Positions 1-10,768 of a DNA stretch of 61,955 bases are shown piece after piece. Each line of letters opens with the position of its first letter. Within the stretch, counting starts at the first letter, position 1. This DNA is from a virus (taxonomy: Duplodnaviria > Caudoviricetes), in IMG/VR virus record IMGVR_UViG_3300032288_000863, positions 1 through 61,955 of that record; one strand, written 5' to 3'. Under the pieces are notes generated by a model. It ran no database searches and was not told the DNA's origin. It worked only from the letters and a program-made list of their open reading frames with translations. The position numbers and the translations under genes were made by a program.

Positions 1-9
1 GGCTTCAGA
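1..9. repeat. 9-nt terminal overlap with 61947-61955 (circular junction)
   Basis: GGCTTCAGA occurs at both ends; merging them keeps the minus-strand frame open (...GVKL-SEA-SDIRRG...). Confidence 0.85.
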
Positions 10-1095
10 TAGCTTAACGCCTAATAAACGCTGGATATTAAGCGCACTCATAGGCGGATCAGGTGCATCTGGAGCGGGCTTGGCTTCGTCAATCTTCTCC
101 GCAAGTTTTTGCCGAGCGTTGTCCAGCGCAAGGTTGCGCTCATCTACCCGTGCCCGTGCTACACCACGCTCTTTGACCCCGCCGTATGCCCCTATAGGAG
201 ATACCAATCCTGCCATGTACAGAGCATGACCATACTCACTAATAGCTTCGGGGCTCAGCAAATCCTGTCCGGCTTGCAAGCGAGTAAGCATGACTTGGGC
301 GGGCTGAATCGTACCCTGAACTGCAAGGTTCTCTCCTATGCCTCCGGCAACGCGCCGTGTGAGTGTTTGAGCAGCGACCTTTTCAAAATCAGCCGTAGTT
401 TTTCTAGCCAATGCTTTTTCAAATCGTGGGCCGAGAATTTTGGCTACCGCTGTACGGCCAAGAACGGGGATAGTGTTAGCGGCAACGTCCAACACTGCCT
501 GTGGAACCGCTGTGCCAAGAGCAGCGGCGCGATTGATTTCAACTGGCTTGCCTTCAGCTTGGTCTGCGGCAGCTTGCGCTTCGACGTTACCACCGTAGCG
601 CGTCAGGAGAGAGGGCGCGGCTGCACCAAGAAGCCCCCCAATTACAGTGCCGGGACCGGGGGCAACTGCTGTACCTGCCATCGCACCCAGTTTAGCTCCC
701 GCCAATGTAGCTCCCATAAACGGAGCCATCTCAGCAATGGCAGAGGGAACCTGACTTACAGCTTCTTTTGCAGCCGATAGAGGGCCTTCTTTCTCGTACT
801 TTTCCGACACCCTACCGAAGTCAGCACCGGGCGCGTTTTCAGTACTGATCTGCTCTTGGCGCTTGCCGCCGGCTATTCCCGCTTCTTCGGGAGAACCTGT
901 CAGTGACTCAAGCGCGGTCTGCCCACTGGAGATAAAGCGTTTGGTGTTGCCTACCAGAGAAGAAACAATTCCTCTTTCCGCGAAGTCTTCGGGTTTGGCC
1001 GCGCCTAATTGGATAGCCCGCTGTTTTATCTCTTCTCTAGTAGCAGTTTTTGGAACACCACGAATGATGATACCGTTAGGGAGTTCTACGTTCAC
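1..1095 (-). CDS. N-terminal 365 codons of giant virion/polyvalent protein (continues across junction into 61955-56475)
   Basis: Not in ORF track. GTG at 1095 with GGAGA RBS; reads MNVELPNGIIIRGVPKTATREEIK... with no stop to position 1; Gly/Ala-rich hydrophobic segments. Confidence 0.85.
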   Translation of the reverse strand, partial: MNVELPNGIIIRGVPKTATREEIKQRAIQLGAAKPEDFAERGIVSSLVGNTKRFISSGQTALESLTGSPEEAGIAGGKRQEQISTENAPGADFGRVSEKYEKEGPLSAAKEAVSQVPSAIAEMAPFMGATLAGAKLGAMAGTAVAPGPGTVIGGLLGAAAPSLLTRYGGNVEAQAAADQAEGKPVEINRAAALGTAVPQAVLDVAANTIPVLGRTAVAKILGPRFEKALARKTTADFEKVAAQTLTRRVAGGIGENLAVQGTIQPAQVMLTRLQAGQDLLSPEAISEYGHALYMAGLVSPIGAYGGVKERGVARARVDERNLALDNARQKLAEKIDEAKPAPDAPDPPMSALNIQRLLGVKLSEA

Positions 1096-1106
1096 GGTGA
1101 TCTCCC

Positions 1107-2705
1107 TTACCAATCAAAGTATTTAACAGTACCCTCGTTACCGTCGCTACTTGCGCCACCACCTACTCCAGAAAGCCCACTAGCTCGCTTTTTGAATTCA
1201 TCGTAGCTCATCAAGTCAGCATAGCTAGCGTATATCCGTTTGAGGGAGGCTTCAGATCCCGTTGCAAGAGCGGCGCTAATATCGCTTCGATCTTTATTTA
1301 ACATTTCTCTAACAGTCTGTCTGCGTTTTTCATCAGCAGAATTAAGTGTATCAGCAAGCTCTCTTAGCTTCCCTCTCCATTTTTTAGCCGCAGAAATATC
1401 TCCGCGGCCTTCTGCTTCAATCGCTTGTATTTCATAATACGCTTTAAGTTTATCCGTGGGCGGTAGCCCCGCTCCTTTAGCCCCTGCCTCGAAATTTGCA
1501 ACATCATATCTGGCTTTAAGCTCCCGATCTCCCTGACCCAACTGAGCAGCCACACCCTCCATATTGATGCGCTGCGCGGCCATCGATGCCTGAAGTTCAC
1601 GGAATTTATCAAGATCCCCACGCTTCTCGGCACGGCGGGCTTCTTTCACGGTCTGCATGTAATCACGCTGCTTGTCTTTGAGGGCCGCAAGTTTCTCGCG
1701 GCCAGACACTAACGCGTTTATTCCTGAAGTACCCGCCTTCGCCAAAGCAGGACCGAATTTATCAGAAGACTGCATAAGAGCCAGACCAGCATTGATCCAA
1801 GGCATACCTTTCTGGAACCGCTCCTCATCTGCATATCGCTGAGTTAGTTCTCTGTCTCGATCCTCGGCATCAGCATAGGCCTCGCCTAAAGCGCTACGCT
1901 TGGTCTCGTATTCTTTATCCCGGGCTTCCAAACCCGTCAGAACTTTCTCCAGCCGTGCACGATAATCGCCTGCGGAGTCTATACCGCGAGAATCAAGCCG
2001 GGGGCGCCCATCGCCTTCGCCCAGACCTTGGTAGCCTCTGTCCAACACGTCTTCAGACTCGTCAGGGGCATTGTAATCGAGGTAACGTGGGTCAAGCGCG
2101 TCAAGCGCGTTACCGTCCTCGTAGTAATCCGTACCCAAAGGAATATAACTATCTTCACCCCCAGCGTAGCCGGGGATATCTCCACCATATGCAAATGACA
2201 CAATCCCACCACCCGCCATACCCTGCATATTAGGCGCAGGAAGTTGGCCGATACCGGATTGTTCGGGCAGGCCTTGGGGCGGTGGGGGGCCGCCTTGCGG
2301 ACCCATTGCCATTTCCGGAGGCATACCCGGAGGCATACCCGGAGGCATACCCGGAGGCATACCCGGTGGCATACCTTGTGGACCACCCATGCCCGGGGGC
2401 ATACCCGGCGGCATACCTTGTGGCCCGCCCATACCCGGTGGCATACCTTGTGGGGGAGCGGGCATCTGCGCTTGTTTAGCTTCTTGAATAAGTTGATCGG
2501 CTACCTTCTGCTTCGGCCCACCAGCCATCTTTGCTTGTGCAGCGTCCCGTATTTCTTTACGACGCTGCACTTCGTTAAACACGACAGAGAACGCCACGGC
2601 ATCACCCGAGGCTTTGTATTTCTCCATCATGGAGGCGAGTTGCGGATCAGGAGCAAGTGTAACTTGACTGGTCAGCTTGTATGGGTTGTTCTGCAGCATG
2701 ATCAC
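1107..2705 (-). CDS. putative internal virion/ejection protein with PPGM repeats
   Basis: 532-aa ORF, helical plus low-complexity Pro/Gly/Met tract, in the cluster between tail genes and the giant protein. Confidence 0.6.
   Translation of the reverse strand: MIMLQNNPYKLTSQVTLAPDPQLASMMEKYKASGDAVAFSVVFNEVQRRKEIRDAAQAKMAGGPKQKVADQLIQEAKQAQMPAPPQGMPPGMGGPQGMPPGMPPGMGGPQGMPPGMPPGMPPGMPPGMPPEMAMGPQGGPPPPQGLPEQSGIGQLPAPNMQGMAGGGIVSFAYGGDIPGYAGGEDSYIPLGTDYYEDGNALDALDPRYLDYNAPDESEDVLDRGYQGLGEGDGRPRLDSRGIDSAGDYRARLEKVLTGLEARDKEYETKRSALGEAYADAEDRDRELTQRYADEERFQKGMPWINAGLALMQSSDKFGPALAKAGTSGINALVSGREKLAALKDKQRDYMQTVKEARRAEKRGDLDKFRELQASMAAQRINMEGVAAQLGQGDRELKARYDVANFEAGAKGAGLPPTDKLKAYYEIQAIEAEGRGDISAAKKWRGKLRELADTLNSADEKRRQTVREMLNKDRSDISAALATGSEASLKRIYASYADLMSYDEFKKRASGLSGVGGGASSDGNEGTVKYFDW
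2314..2450. repeat. 12-bp tandem repeats (GGAGGCATACCC-like) encoding (PPGM)n / GGPQGM
   Basis: Tandem copies visible directly in the sequence. Confidence 0.9.
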
Positions 2706-2711
2706 GTCCTA

Positions 2712-4763
2712 TCAAGATTTTGCTTTGTGAACCGCCAAGTCCATAAGCCCTGCGGAAATCATCCCCCCAGCGGCATTCCCGCCCCCAGTATTTATTGAAT
2801 AAGAAAACCCGGGTTGCTGCTGCTGATTCATACCATACAGCGCCACTCCCGCACCTACCGCTTGGTTAAGCATGGACGGCGGCTGCGAATACATACCTTG
2901 TATTGCAGTGGGGTTCGCATAGCCCCGATACATGGAATTCAGCCACTCTTGTTGTTGGTATGGATAGCGTTGCTGGTCCAAGAAATTTTGATATTCGATG
3001 TCGTAGGCCCGCTGCATACCCGCCTGCTGCGCGTCGCCAACACCTTTTACAAGATTAAGATTATTGATGCTTTGTCCATAAATATTTTGTCCCTGAGAAC
3101 CAAGCTGCCCCGCACCTTGTATGCCGCCCATCAACGACCTGTAGTCGTAGTCCGCTCCAAATTGACGAGACTGCTCCTCCATACGAGCAGCCTCCATAAG
3201 CAGGTTCTTATTAAACTGCTGTGCGGTAAGATCTTGGCTTGAACGAAGCTGCTGTATACCAAGGTTAGCTTCAAGATTAGCTTGTTCACGGGCAAACCTA
3301 TCTTGGAATTTGGCAAGGGCGTACTGAGACGCCTGTTGTTTCGTCATCCCCAAGGCTTCAAATTCTTGCGTTGCTTCAAGTATCCGCGCTTGTTGCTCGT
3401 TACTTAAATTCTGCATATTTATCTGTTGGCGATACTGCGACTCAAGTTCTTGAGTCCCCATCTTAGACTGAAGGTTAGCTTGTTCACGAGCAAACCTATC
3501 TGCAAATTCTGTTTTAGCAGCATCAAAAGCCTGCTGTTTTGTCATCCCTTGTGCTTCAAAACGATTAGCTGCGTTCGCTAATTCAGTTTGCTGCCTATTG
3601 GTTAAATTCTGCATAGCCATCTGTTGGCGATACTGCGACTCAAGCGCCTGAACACCCAACCTGCCTTGCTGATTACTTTGTTCACGCTGTAGCTCTGTTT
3701 GCTGGTTAGCCAGAGCCGCACGGAGAGCTTGCTCTGCAGACATCCCCCGCATCTGGAGATCTGCAGCCATATTTTGCACTGCGGCTTGCTGCCGGTTACT
3801 TAGGTTAGAAAGAGTTGTTTGAAGCCTTGCTTGCTGATTAGCTTGCTGCGCGGTTAGTTGCGCTTGCTGTTCTTGATTAAACTGCGCCTGAGCTTGCGTA
3901 TAGGATTCTTGCAGCCCCTTTGCCTGAATATCACCTTTTTGCTGAGCGAGGTTACGTGCAGCTTCAGCTTCCATAATAGCTTGGCGGGAGCCTCCAAATG
4001 CCCCTGCTTGAACCGCTTCAGCACCACGCGACTGTGCTGCAATATCCGCCTGCCGCTGCGCTTCTCGCTGTTGAATATCAACCACGTTTTGCATGTATGG
4101 CGACATATATTTGTCAGCCATGCCACGAGTGGTGAAACTGCGGGTTTTTATATTTGCATCAAAATCTTCTTGTGCGGCTTTCATCCGCTTATAATTATTT
4201 AGCAAATCTTCGCGGGCTTTTACGTCTTCGATTGGCCCGATATTAAAATTACGAAGATTTCCGCTGTATTTGCCTTGTGCTGCTTTGGCCTGTGCAGCGG
4301 ATCGAGACCAATCTTTAGGTTCGCCAATACCACGCTGCTTTGCCATCAGGAAAGTTTCAAGATCCTGATTGTACCTGCCTCGCGCTGCGTCAATAGAATC
4401 TATTTCGTCTCGCCAATCTTGGGGCGCGTTCAACCCACGCTGCGCTCCCATTTGATAATTTTCAAGTTCAGCCGGATTTATACGCCGGCCAAAATTAAAG
4501 TCAGTAGGTTCGTATGCTTGGTTGTAAAGTCTGTATATACCTTCCTGAGTTAAATCTGCTGCGCTTAAAGAACGGGGATCAACCCCCATTGCAAGAGCTT
4601 GTTCAAAGTATTGTTTTTGGGCCTCAGTAAACGGCGCAAACCGTTCGCCTTCATAGCGCTGATAAGGGTCATTAGCAACTAGTGTTTCAGCCCGAGAAAG
4701 AAGCCCTTCAATCCTTGGCTCCATTCTAGCCGAGTAACTAGCATAATAAGTATCTTCTGCCAT
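2712..4763 (-). CDS. putative ejection/DNA-transfer protein, Gln/Ala-rich coiled coil with internal repeats
   Basis: 683 aa; YMSPYMQNV and GAFGGSRQA motifs typical of podophage internal proteins; repeated LESQYRQQ..MQNL and GMTKQQA..DRFAREQANL. Confidence 0.65.
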   Translation of the reverse strand: MAEDTYYASYSARMEPRIEGLLSRAETLVANDPYQRYEGERFAPFTEAQKQYFEQALAMGVDPRSLSAADLTQEGIYRLYNQAYEPTDFNFGRRINPAELENYQMGAQRGLNAPQDWRDEIDSIDAARGRYNQDLETFLMAKQRGIGEPKDWSRSAAQAKAAQGKYSGNLRNFNIGPIEDVKAREDLLNNYKRMKAAQEDFDANIKTRSFTTRGMADKYMSPYMQNVVDIQQREAQRQADIAAQSRGAEAVQAGAFGGSRQAIMEAEAARNLAQQKGDIQAKGLQESYTQAQAQFNQEQQAQLTAQQANQQARLQTTLSNLSNRQQAAVQNMAADLQMRGMSAEQALRAALANQQTELQREQSNQQGRLGVQALESQYRQQMAMQNLTNRQQTELANAANRFEAQGMTKQQAFDAAKTEFADRFAREQANLQSKMGTQELESQYRQQINMQNLSNEQQARILEATQEFEALGMTKQQASQYALAKFQDRFAREQANLEANLGIQQLRSSQDLTAQQFNKNLLMEAARMEEQSRQFGADYDYRSLMGGIQGAGQLGSQGQNIYGQSINNLNLVKGVGDAQQAGMQRAYDIEYQNFLDQQRYPYQQQEWLNSMYRGYANPTAIQGMYSQPPSMLNQAVGAGVALYGMNQQQQPGFSYSINTGGGNAAGGMISAGLMDLAVHKAKS

Positions 4764-4781
4764 GATCTTTACTCCGCGTTA

Positions 4782-6461
4782 TTACGCAATGAGTTCGTTG
4801 CGTGCGCCAGAATCTTTGCCGCGCTTAGACTGCTTCATACGCCGTTCTATACGATCCATCATGGCGTACAATTCTCTTGCCCCGGCATCAGAAGAACCAT
4901 TGCCGATTTCAGCTACAACACGAGCAGGGAAAACAAATTCTCCTGCAGCGAGTTTTGCAGGCCGCTTACCTCGCGGGGTGCTTATGACCGCCGGGATGCT
5001 GTCTGATACACCATCACCCGGACCTTTCATGTAGCGCCCACGCTTTACAGCGCCACCTTTAGCATGAAAAACGCCGTCGTTTTCATCGCCAATTCCGCCG
5101 CCTCCGCCGCCTATGTCAATAACCCCAGTACCGCCGCCGACGTTAGTCCCCCCACCAGTATTGGTTCCTTTTTTAAGTGCTTGTATCTGGTTATAGAGGG
5201 AAAGTTGATCGGCGTTAAGTGACGCAAAAAAATCTTTATTGCCCATTTCTCCGCCGCGAAGAGCACGCTGTTCTGGTGTCCACGAATTAATAAACTGCTG
5301 ATTTAAATCTGTCCACGACGCGTCTTCATTATCTCGTCTGTTCCCGGGGGTACCGATTTGACCGGTGTTTCCAGTCCCGGTTCCAGTCCCGGTTCCAGTC
5401 CCGGCTCCAGTTCCTGTTGTGGAGGTAGGCCCAAAATCGACTCCGTATCGTGGAGAAGACGCCCTATTCCCCATCAAATAATCAAATGTCATTTGCGCCT
5501 GTGTAGGGGCTGCACTCCCTCCAACCCCGGCGGAACCCCCCTCTGCATATCGCGCTTCGCCGGTAAAGCCGTCGATATCGGTATCTCCAGCGCCACCACG
5601 AGACAACGAAGCCAAGTAGTTATTTTGCGCGGTAATGTCATTGATAGCCCCACCCGCTGCGGCGGCGTAAGGGTTGTTCCATTCTTCTGTCTCACCCAAA
5701 TAGGTAAACTTCTGCGTATTGGGGTCGTAGTCGTATTTTTGGAACATTGGCATCGGAGTTTTAAGCGGCTCCGGCTGCTGTAGGGCGGAAGCCGACATAA
5801 GAGAAGCAATTCCCGCCTTGCCCAACGTCGGGTTGTTTATTGTGCTTTGAACACCCGGGGACATTTTACCTACAAGATTATTAGCAGCCGTATTAATTTT
5901 GCCCAGCATACCTGTAGGGCCAGCACCTGCTCCGCCAACCGTGCCTGCTCCCCCGGCCACACCCGGAGCCCCCAAAGAAGACATCGTCGTAGCGCCGGGC
6001 ACATTAGATAGTACGTCTGTTGAAGTAGCTTTAGCTAAGTTAACTGCTCCAGATTCACTAGCACCAACACCCGCGCCAGCAGTACCAGCAACAAGTCCCT
6101 GATAAAGGCCCGCACCGCCCCAGCCGCCCAGTGCTCCCATAGCGAAGCCTTGGAGAAGGTTACCTTTAGATGTAGCTGCGCCCGTCGCACCGCCAACAAG
6201 AGCCGCGCCTGCTGGACCCATGCCCATTGCACTAGTAACAGCACCAGCAATAGTTGGAAGAAACGGCTTCACTTTCTTAAATATCTTTTTAAGACTGAAC
6301 GCTTCTGGCATTCCAGTATAAGGGTTAATAGTCAAGCTGCCGCCCTGTGCCATCGCAAGAGCTTGGAGCCCCTGAACCTCATCGCGGTTCATATGAACAA
6401 GTGTATCGTCCCCACCTCGCCCAAGAGCGGCAAGTCCATAAGCGGTGTCACGGTAAGGCAT
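4782..6461 (-). CDS. putative internal virion protein with tape-measure-like C-terminal AKGG..GPGDGVSDSIPA..GEFV domain
   Basis: ORF track 4782..6476, ATG at 6461 preferred; N-terminal GRGGDDTLVH..INPYTG motif; Gly-rich hydrophobic segments. Confidence 0.6.
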   Translation of the reverse strand: MPYRDTAYGLAALGRGGDDTLVHMNRDEVQGLQALAMAQGGSLTINPYTGMPEAFSLKKIFKKVKPFLPTIAGAVTSAMGMGPAGAALVGGATGAATSKGNLLQGFAMGALGGWGGAGLYQGLVAGTAGAGVGASESGAVNLAKATSTDVLSNVPGATTMSSLGAPGVAGGAGTVGGAGAGPTGMLGKINTAANNLVGKMSPGVQSTINNPTLGKAGIASLMSASALQQPEPLKTPMPMFQKYDYDPNTQKFTYLGETEEWNNPYAAAAGGAINDITAQNNYLASLSRGGAGDTDIDGFTGEARYAEGGSAGVGGSAAPTQAQMTFDYLMGNRASSPRYGVDFGPTSTTGTGAGTGTGTGTGTGNTGQIGTPGNRRDNEDASWTDLNQQFINSWTPEQRALRGGEMGNKDFFASLNADQLSLYNQIQALKKGTNTGGGTNVGGGTGVIDIGGGGGGIGDENDGVFHAKGGAVKRGRYMKGPGDGVSDSIPAVISTPRGKRPAKLAAGEFVFPARVVAEIGNGSSDAGARELYAMMDRIERRMKQSKRGKDSGARNELIA

Positions 6462-6495
6462 AATGGTTATCCCCAATGAGGAATAGTAGTCAGTA

Positions 6496-7755
6496 TCATA
6501 CGGTTAAATTGTAGACGATCAAAGACCCCAAACAGGTATTTGACGCGCCTGCTATGGCCCTTGCGGCAAGAGTGAATGTGTCGCTAACACCCGCCAAAGA
6601 AACGCCGAATTGAAGATCCAAGTTATACCCAACAGGAGACGCCAAAGAAGTCTGGGCTTGGTTGGACGCTGTGGTGTACACCGTTTGTACAATGCTGTCT
6701 GCGGTAGGGGTTACTGCCGTACCAGATGCACCAGTATCGACATCCATTTGCCCACCGGCAAGGGTGGAACCCCACGTAGCCCCGGTCAGCGTTGCGTTTT
6801 TAATGATAACAACTTCGTAGTTCGCGGAGCCAATAGGTAGGAAAGTCATGCCGGATAGCATGGCTACCGCACCCAAATAACTAGAATTTAAACGTATCGA
6901 CACGATAGGGTAAAAAGTAGCCGCCGCAGTTAACGTAACAGGATTGGCGTTACGAGCTATATATGGCTGCGATACGTGTTCGTAGCCGCCTTCTGAAATG
7001 ACGGTTGAGCAAATTTGCTGAAGCGTAGCTGCAGAACTAGTAGCGGCTGTGGTAAAGATCTCGTAGCGCAGAGGCAGGATAGCCGTCTGCATATACACCA
7101 CGGTGCCTACGTTGGCGTTATAGAACTCATGGGCGGTGTAGAACACCCCAGCAATAACAAAGCCACACTTGACGATACCCACGCCAAGCCATTCCAGATT
7201 GATGAACAGAATCTGAGTTTTGGTCAGATCAAGTGTAATTCCGCTTGGCCCGGTCCCGTTGAATGGGTCTACGTTCCAGCTTGTCTGTGCCACGCTGCGG
7301 CTGTTACTGACTGAGCCTCCTGTATAGGTACGAATAACGAACGAAACCGTAGAACCCGCTTGCTCCAGATACACGCCGTTATTGGTATTGAACAGACCAA
7401 CGCGCTGCGTCAGGTTTGTCTGCGCCGCAGCCATCGTAAACGTCTGCATCGTGAGGAAACTTTTCCCCGGCTGATAGGCAAACGACCTGAAAGTTTGTGT
7501 CCGCGCAGTCGATCCAGAAGACGTTGTAACCGCAAGTGCCAAGGCACTTTGGTTAGTGACAAAGGTTACCGTACCGCCTGTTGCCGTCTCGGTGTCATAG
7601 GCCACGTCTTTTGCGTAGCGATTTTGACTGTCAAACAACGTAAACGGTTGACTGACACGCAGCCGCCCAAACGCGTCAGCGGTGTTACCACCAAACGCAG
7701 TATAAGAAGGTGCGCTGCTGGAATCACCACGAGCGGGGTAAAGCGTGATGCTCAC
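6496..7755 (-). CDS. putative tail spike / receptor-binding protein
   Basis: 419 aa, beta-rich, DAFGRLRVS N-terminal motif seen in phage structural proteins, tail-region context. Confidence 0.55.
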   Translation of the reverse strand: MSITLYPARGDSSSAPSYTAFGGNTADAFGRLRVSQPFTLFDSQNRYAKDVAYDTETATGGTVTFVTNQSALALAVTTSSGSTARTQTFRSFAYQPGKSFLTMQTFTMAAAQTNLTQRVGLFNTNNGVYLEQAGSTVSFVIRTYTGGSVSNSRSVAQTSWNVDPFNGTGPSGITLDLTKTQILFINLEWLGVGIVKCGFVIAGVFYTAHEFYNANVGTVVYMQTAILPLRYEIFTTAATSSAATLQQICSTVISEGGYEHVSQPYIARNANPVTLTAAATFYPIVSIRLNSSYLGAVAMLSGMTFLPIGSANYEVVIIKNATLTGATWGSTLAGGQMDVDTGASGTAVTPTADSIVQTVYTTASNQAQTSLASPVGYNLDLQFGVSLAGVSDTFTLAARAIAGASNTCLGSLIVYNLTV

Positions 7756-8090
7756 TGTGCTTCTCCGCCAGTAATCGTGATGGTGCAGCCTGCGGCTGAA
7801 GCCTTGGCTTGAACGGTACCCGCAGCGTTAATTACCTGTGCCCCGCACCACTGCAACGTACTATATGCTGGGATACTCGCGTTATACAAAATAGCGTTAG
7901 ATGTGCCAGCAGTGCCGCCACTGGGCACAAATGAGACGTAGACATTGATCGTCCCTGCCGTGGTGTTGCAGATGTCAAACTGTTTGACGTAGGTGCGGTA
8001 GTCAACGGGGACCGTATAGAGTGTGGCATAAGACGTGGTAAGCGCCCCCTGCCCAAGCTGCCACCCTATGATGTTCTGGAAATTAGCCAT
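7752..8090 (-). CDS. small tail structural protein
   Basis: 112 aa beta-rich; 4-nt overlap with downstream gene. Confidence 0.55.
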   Translation of the reverse strand: MANFQNIIGWQLGQGALTTSYATLYTVPVDYRTYVKQFDICNTTAGTINVYVSFVPSGGTAGTSNAILYNASIPAYSTLQWCGAQVINAAGTVQAKASAAGCTITITGGEAQ

Positions 8091-8281
8091 CAGCAGCCAT
8101 CTCCCAGCCCGAGCCAGCTACGCACATTAAGGTTGCCTACTTCTTGAATCAGTTGGTAGATGTCGTTATCTACTTGAGCAAAGTAGAGTCTAAGTTGACT
8201 GTTTAGCTGCTGCTGCTGCCGGGGATCATACTCGACCGTGGGGAGGATAAGACTAGGTGCTTTGCTAGGTAGGATGTTCAT
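8090..8281 (-). CDS. small tail-associated protein
   Basis: 63 aa, LP..EY..LRLYF motif; coupled to neighbours. Confidence 0.55.
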   Translation of the reverse strand: MNILPSKAPSLILPTVEYDPRQQQQLNSQLRLYFAQVDNDIYQLIQEVGNLNVRSWLGLGDGC

Positions 8282-8284
8282 GGA

Positions 8285-10231
8285 TTACCCTCGGCGACCA
8301 TCAGGCCGCACATCAAAATGCGGAACTCCCAACTGCCATTGAGTACCTACTGTATTGGACGATATCCCAAATCGAACATGTCGCCCACGAAGTCGCGGGT
8401 AAACCTGTTCAGTAAACTTTTGAACAAGATAATTCCGCTGAGAAGTGTAGTTGTTGTCACTAACAACGTCTTCAGCATGATCTGTACCGTAGTCAGCGCC
8501 CGGAAATCTACGAGGGGTAAGCGTTACAGTAACCTCTGGAGCAGCGCTCTCAGACCCATCGAACGTAACGTCTGGGATCATTCGCCACACGAACCCGTAG
8601 TTATACCCCTCACTGACCGACATATCCGCGGACTTAATGTAAGCCTCAATTGCCGTTGCCGGAGTCGTAGTCCCATCGTCTACCCCGTTCTCGTGGTAGA
8701 TAATCATCCCGTCATAACCAGCCGCAGTCGGATAGTGCCTGAGCCCGCTATCTAACCATGCAGTGCGAGCCATAGTCCCGTAGTACCAGATACGCTCAAG
8801 GTAGTTATAGATTACATACCGGTCGATAGTTTCTGCGCCAGCGGAACAATAGAACCACCAAATTTCGTTGAACCCTTCGTTCGTGCTTGCAAAAAACTGT
8901 GCGGATTGATCAAGGTTAATGTCGCCAAAAATGTATTGGCGCAACGTGCAGGGCAGAGTTTCTATCCGCCCTGAGTAAGTATAAAACTTATCCTGTCCCA
9001 TCCAATAGACCACGTTGTTTGCCGTAGCAACCACATTAGGGCCAAAAATGGACAGGTTGTCGCCCATAATATTAAAGCCCCACGTATACGGGGGGCCAAG
9101 GTATTGCATGGAGTACAGGGCTTGATCCGTCCAAATCAGGATTTCCTGTCTGGTTTGCAGGGCAGCGATAATTTCAGAACCGTGGCTGAGTCGGTAGCTT
9201 CCCGCCTGATTGGTTATCTGAGGATACCACGTAGCGTAGGATTCTTGATCAGACCATCGCACCAGAAGCGGGTCTATGTCCGTTTCGCCGTAGTCATTAC
9301 AACCTAAAGCGATCACGATACGCGAAGAATCAGACACCAAAATAATGTTACATATAGAAGGACAGGACGTGTCAGTGGTATACGGTGCGGGACTTGTAGA
9401 GGATAGTAAGACCGCTCTATCTACCGGAACGATAGCAGGCTGAGGGATATACATATAGATAGGACCACCACGGCGGTTCATCAGCAAGTAATCGCCGTAG
9501 TTATAGAAGCTCCAGAGTCCTATTTTATCTACCCCCGCAGATGCTCCCCACCCAGTGGTTGAGCCCCCAGAAGTAACACCACCCCATCCCCCTGCACCCC
9601 ATCCAGCAGTGGGAACGTCAATCTCTGCAGCGCAATGTATTTGATACGCGGCAATAACGGCCGCACCGCCATTACCGGTGTCACTTGCATTAGCTGTGGC
9701 GGTAGCAGTGATGGTATAGGTATTAGCGTTAACGATTGTGGCAATCCGGTACTCTTTGTTCAGTACCGCGGCAGTGATGTTACCACCAAGGCTGGTGGCA
9801 CCAGAGAAGGTAACGAAGTCGCCCGCGTAAGCACCGTGTGCAGTGTCCGTAACAGTAAGAGTAGTAGACCCATTGGACGCAGCAAACGTCACTGCTCCGG
9901 CAGCAGTGGTCTCTCTCAAAGGAGTAATATCGTAATACGCACCGTTTGGGCTGTTTTGGAGCGTTACTTTAAGATTGGAGCCGATACCTAATAGGTTATA
10001 CCCGGTGGTAGTAACCCATACCCACAGTGCTCTGGCGACGCCCCAAAAAGCGCCTGAAGGTGGCGCGAGATTCCCTGTATATGTACCTTCGTCCCGTACC
10101 CAGCCGCCCAATTTTTCGGGAAAACCTGAACGAAAACGAACTTTTTCGCTTTCATACCACCCACCTTCATTAGCAAAAGTGGTGGACTCTCGGTTTACTC
10201 CCGGACGAAGCTGAAGTTTTTGAAGTGCCAC
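8285..10231 (-). CDS. tail nozzle / DNA-stabilisation protein (P22 gp10-like, beta-propeller)
   Basis: 648 aa with RWSDQE and EIWWFY motifs and a C-terminal PRLRGR...DVRPDGRR typical of podophage tail hubs. Confidence 0.7.
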   Translation of the reverse strand: MALQKLQLRPGVNRESTTFANEGGWYESEKVRFRSGFPEKLGGWVRDEGTYTGNLAPPSGAFWGVARALWVWVTTTGYNLLGIGSNLKVTLQNSPNGAYYDITPLRETTAAGAVTFAASNGSTTLTVTDTAHGAYAGDFVTFSGATSLGGNITAAVLNKEYRIATIVNANTYTITATATANASDTGNGGAAVIAAYQIHCAAEIDVPTAGWGAGGWGGVTSGGSTTGWGASAGVDKIGLWSFYNYGDYLLMNRRGGPIYMYIPQPAIVPVDRAVLLSSTSPAPYTTDTSCPSICNIILVSDSSRIVIALGCNDYGETDIDPLLVRWSDQESYATWYPQITNQAGSYRLSHGSEIIAALQTRQEILIWTDQALYSMQYLGPPYTWGFNIMGDNLSIFGPNVVATANNVVYWMGQDKFYTYSGRIETLPCTLRQYIFGDINLDQSAQFFASTNEGFNEIWWFYCSAGAETIDRYVIYNYLERIWYYGTMARTAWLDSGLRHYPTAAGYDGMIIYHENGVDDGTTTPATAIEAYIKSADMSVSEGYNYGFVWRMIPDVTFDGSESAAPEVTVTLTPRRFPGADYGTDHAEDVVSDNNYTSQRNYLVQKFTEQVYPRLRGRHVRFGISSNTVGTQWQLGVPHFDVRPDGRRG

Positions 10232-10235
10232 GGCA

Positions 10236-10430
10236 TCACTTCTTCCAGAAGTTATTTATCGCCAGATTTAGTACCCCACCAATTAAGCCAACTTTGGCTG
10301 CAAGGACGGGATCAACCGCACCGGACGCCCCACCAGAAGCAATAATCGTCAGCGTGCCGCTAATGAATGACACAATTTTGTTGCGCTGCGAACGCTTAGT
10401 GGACTTAACTTGCTTTTCTTGCTCGTTCAT
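10236..10430 (-). CDS. small membrane protein, holin candidate
   Basis: 64 aa, basic N-terminus, two hydrophobic segments, overlaps endolysin stop. Confidence 0.45.
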   Translation of the reverse strand: MNEQEKQVKSTKRSQRNKIVSFISGTLTIIASGGASGAVDPVLAAKVGLIGGVLNLAINNFWKK

Positions 10431-10768
10431 TTGTGCCCCTCATGTTCCAATGAGTAGTGATTACCGTCGCGGAATCGTCCGCCCCATGTACCGCCCAACG
10501 ACTCCCAGTACTCACCAAGAGGTAGGTGGTCTTCAGTCGTCTGAAGGTATTTGTCGTTCTTGAACAAATTGAAGTCTACAGCAAGCCGGATTTTGTGGTT
10601 GGAATAAGGATAACCATAACCCTTGGGTTCTCCCATGATACCGTGCAGGCGGGGGTCACGGTATGCGTCCCCAAACGTCAGCTCATAACCATTATCGTAT
10701 GCCCAGATAATAAGATCCGCGATCATACGGGTAAATCGACGCTGCTTATCCCCCAAAGACTCAGCCAT
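10427..10768 (-). CDS. endolysin, M15-family (L-Ala-D-Glu type) peptidase
   Basis: Zn-binding motifs SNHKIRLAVDF and WGGRFRDGNHYS. Confidence 0.85.
   Translation of the reverse strand: MAESLGDKQRRFTRMIADLIIWAYDNGYELTFGDAYRDPRLHGIMGEPKGYGYPYSNHKIRLAVDFNLFKNDKYLQTTEDHLPLGEYWESLGGTWGGRFRDGNHYSLEHEGHK

Noticed and set aside
109-780. 223-aa plus-strand ORF
   Set aside because: Antisense to the real minus-strand frame 1095-1, which has an RBS and joins the giant gene.
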